Shown: in pieces, positions 61,625 through 64,000 of the stretch
Layout of the letters: every line of letters begins with the position of its first letter
Numbering within the stretch: the stretch's first letter is position 1
Origin: Gekko japonicus
Lineage: Eukaryota
Direction of reading: 5' to 3'
NCBI RefSeq assembly: GCF_001447785.1
Contig: NW_015164187.1
Location: 1,117,127 to 1,181,126 of the forward strand
DNA: 64,000 bases
The notes under the pieces: model-generated
The model's input: only the letters and a program-made list of their open reading frames with translations
Databases searched by the model: none
What the model was told of the DNA's origin: nothing
Position numbers and translations under genes: made by a program

Positions 61625-63070
61625 CTAGTGCAGGATCTTCCAGGCCGTCAATCGGAAGAAACCGGGATCAGGGTGGAGGATCCTTCCTCGAGCCCAAGAG
61701 AGGAGATCTGGGACGACAGGGAAAGTATGGAATGTCTGGTTGGAGAGCCGAAGGAAGGAGAGTGCCAGATTTGGCACGGCCACCATGGGGTGACTAGGAT
61801 GCAGGACGTGGCATTGGCCATAATCTTCTGAACGACCCGGGAGATCAAAGGGAACAGAGGGAAGAAGTAAAACAGGGTTCCACTCCAGGTGTGGAGAAAG
61901 GCATCTCCCAGGAACCGAGCGGAGGGTGGACCGCGGCTGAAAAAGAAGCAACACCGGGCATTGTGTGCAGTTGCAAAGCTGTCTATGACAGGGTGACCGA
62001 ACTCGAGAAGAACAGGTTTCAGGTATCGAAGGTGGATGGACCATTCGTTGTCCGAAAACTGGGAGCGACTCAACCAATCGGCATCGATGTTTTGAGCGCC
62101 CAGAATGTGGATCGCGGAGAGCGTGAGAGAATGGCGGATGCACCATTGCCAGAGATCGATAGCTGCCTGGCAAAGACAAAGGGAGGCAGTCCCGCCTTGT
62201 TTGTTTATGTAGTAAACGGTGGTGGTGTTGTCGGAGGCAACCCGAACGACTTGGCCTCGAAGGACAGGGAGAAACGAGCGGAGAGCAAGATGAACGGCAC
62301 ACAGTTCCAGGATATTGATATGAAGGGCGGCTTCGCGAGGAGACCAGGTCCCTTGTGCCGAAAGGATTCCACACTGGGCTCCCCAGCCCCAAAGGGATGT
62401 GTCGGTGGAGAGTGACACTTGGCGGAGGAGGATGCCGAAAGGGCATGCTGGAGAGCAGGTGCTGAGGATGAGACCACCAGGCGAGAGAGTCGACGACAAG
62501 GGGTGGGATCAACAGGATTTTGTGCCACGGACTGCGGAGAGGGTCGAAGGCATGGAGAAGCCACAGTTGGAGGGGGCGCATCCTCAACCTGGCATGACGG
62601 GCCACAAAGACCATAGACGCAAAGTGCCCCAGGAGCCTCATGACAGAACGAGCGGACTGTTGGGGAGAGGTCTGGGAGACCAAGGCAAGGATGTCAGAGG
62701 CCCTCGAGTTCGGGAGAAACACGGTCTCGAGGTTGGTATCGAGATGGGCACCCAGAAATTGAAGGGCCTGGGCAGGTTGGAGAAATGACTTGGGTAGGTT
62801 GACACAAAGACCGAGGGCACAAAGGAAAGACAGGGTCGTTTGGACATCTTAGAGGAGCTGGTCTTGGGTGGAGGCAACGAGAAGCCAGTCGGGGCAGTGC
62901 AGACAACATAATGAGGTAGGTCGGGAGGCAAAACGAACTCTATGGCGTACCCGACCCATAAGATTGTAAGGACCCAGATATCGGTTGAAATTTCTTCCCA
63001 CGTTCATAGAAAAGGAAAGAGTCAGGTCCAGACGGGAGGGGTGTAAGATGGAGGAGATGGCAGGCAATCA
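61625..63070 (-). pseudogene. DIRS1 pol (RT remnant, RNase H, methyltransferase-like), frameshifted with the RT core deleted
   Basis: Split across frames. GYAIEFVLPP..CTAP is joined directly to DWLLVA at about 62890; RNase H and MT motifs lie in ORF 61648-62499. Confidence 0.8.
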
Positions 63071-63076
63071 AAGCGG

Positions 63077-64000
63077 TCAAACGGACTGCTTGGGCTGCTG
63101 GGATTTTTTAGGGGCCTGTTGGCACACCCTATTCGAGTAACGGGAGTCATAGGGCCTCTTTCTCCAATGGAAGATGGGCGCAGGAGATGGCTGGCGTCTG
63201 ACATAATATGGTTTCCAGGAATGGTACCGGCGTCGAGGTGTTGATGCCGAGATACCTAGGTTCTGAGCCTGCTTCTGACTATCATCGACAGCCTTTAATG
63301 CTTCGTCAGTGGTAGAGTGGAAGAAACCTTCACCATCGAAGGGGAGATCCTCAATCCAAAATTTCACGTCGGGCTGTAAAGAGGTACCTCTTAGCCAAGC
63401 ATGTCAATGGAGAGCAATGGAGGAGACAAGAAATTTTGAGGAGCAAGTGACAGCATGACGGACTGAATTAATTTGTTGTTTCGAGATTGTGCAAATTTCT
63501 GATAAAGCTCCTGACAACATTGGACGGTGTTCCTCCGGAACAAACTGTAAGACGGGACGGACTGCATTAGCCACACTAAATGCATAGGCCAACAGATATG
63601 ACAGGTAGATTCATAGAGACGAAGGAATACAGCTTCTTTGCAATAACATCGATTTTGCTGCCCTCACAATCAGGAGGCGCAGAGTGGCAGGCAGATTGCT
63701 TTGATTTCGAGGAAGATTGGACCACCATGGAATTCGGCGGAGGCTGCCTGAAGAGAAACTTCCCCGAGTTCTCTTGGACCTTATAGAGAGCTTCGTATCA
63801 TCTGGCGACCGGGGGAATTGAAGCGGGATGAACCCATATCAAGGGCAGAAAGGTGGACTGGCAGCAGAGGCAGGACCGTAGAAGGTGGGAGGTCGGCCTG
63901 AACAAGCTTGTGAACGGCATCAGTCACAGTCAGGGATTCAGTGGAACCCTGGACCTGAAGCGCGGAGGTCAACCTGGTTACAAGTTCCAGATACGCTTTT
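63077..64000 (-). pseudogene. DIRS1 gag (LAP2alpha-like C-terminal domain), frameshifted
   Basis: Fragments LQFVPEEHR..., RHAWL and FWIEDLPFDGEGFFHSTTDEAL lie in different frames. Confidence 0.7.

Larger units (their letters stand above)
60095..64000 (-). mobile_element. DIRS1-class tyrosine-recombinase retrotransposon (gag, deleted RT, RNase H, methyltransferase-like domain, YR, terminal/ICR repeats); continues past the window end
   Basis: Domain order on the minus strand is gag (RHAWL..IEDLPFDGEG), pol remnants, RNase H (TDTSLWGWGA, HINILEL, SDNTT..YINKQGG, NIDADWLSR), MT-like, then YR. A 49-bp inverted repeat lies at 60098-60146 and 60391-60439. Confidence 0.92.

Overview
Vertebrate (squamate reptile, probably a gecko judging by its repeat families; inferred, not proven) genomic DNA covering the conserved RBM12-NFS1-ROMO1 block, which corresponds to the human CPNE1/RBM12-NFS1-ROMO1 region. 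RBM12 (minus strand) has one large coding exon, about 16453-19093. Its start lies in a 220-N gap and it has an apparent frameshift at about 18360. It also has a non-coding exon at 23229-23311 and a CpG-island promoter near 26.5 kb. NFS1 (minus) can be fully rebuilt from 13 coding exons (49131 to 32479, 442 aa, one GC-AG intron) and sits head-to-head with ROMO1 (plus; non-coding exon 1 ending at 49296, coding exons 55599-55729 and 57404-57512, 79 aa). The rest is intronic or intergenic and rich in transposable elements: RTE, CR1, L2, L1, Penelope-like pieces with decayed hammerhead motifs, Sauria and 5S-derived SINEs, and hAT and mariner MITEs. A DIRS1 tyrosine-recombinase retrotransposon occupies the right end. 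The most unexpected signal is three diverged copies of a plus-strand sequence inside NFS1 introns that translate into a B30.2/PRY-SPRY-like motif string, which may be a relic antisense-nested gene cluster. No CPNE1 coding exon was recognised. All calls come from reading the sequence by eye; no searches were run.
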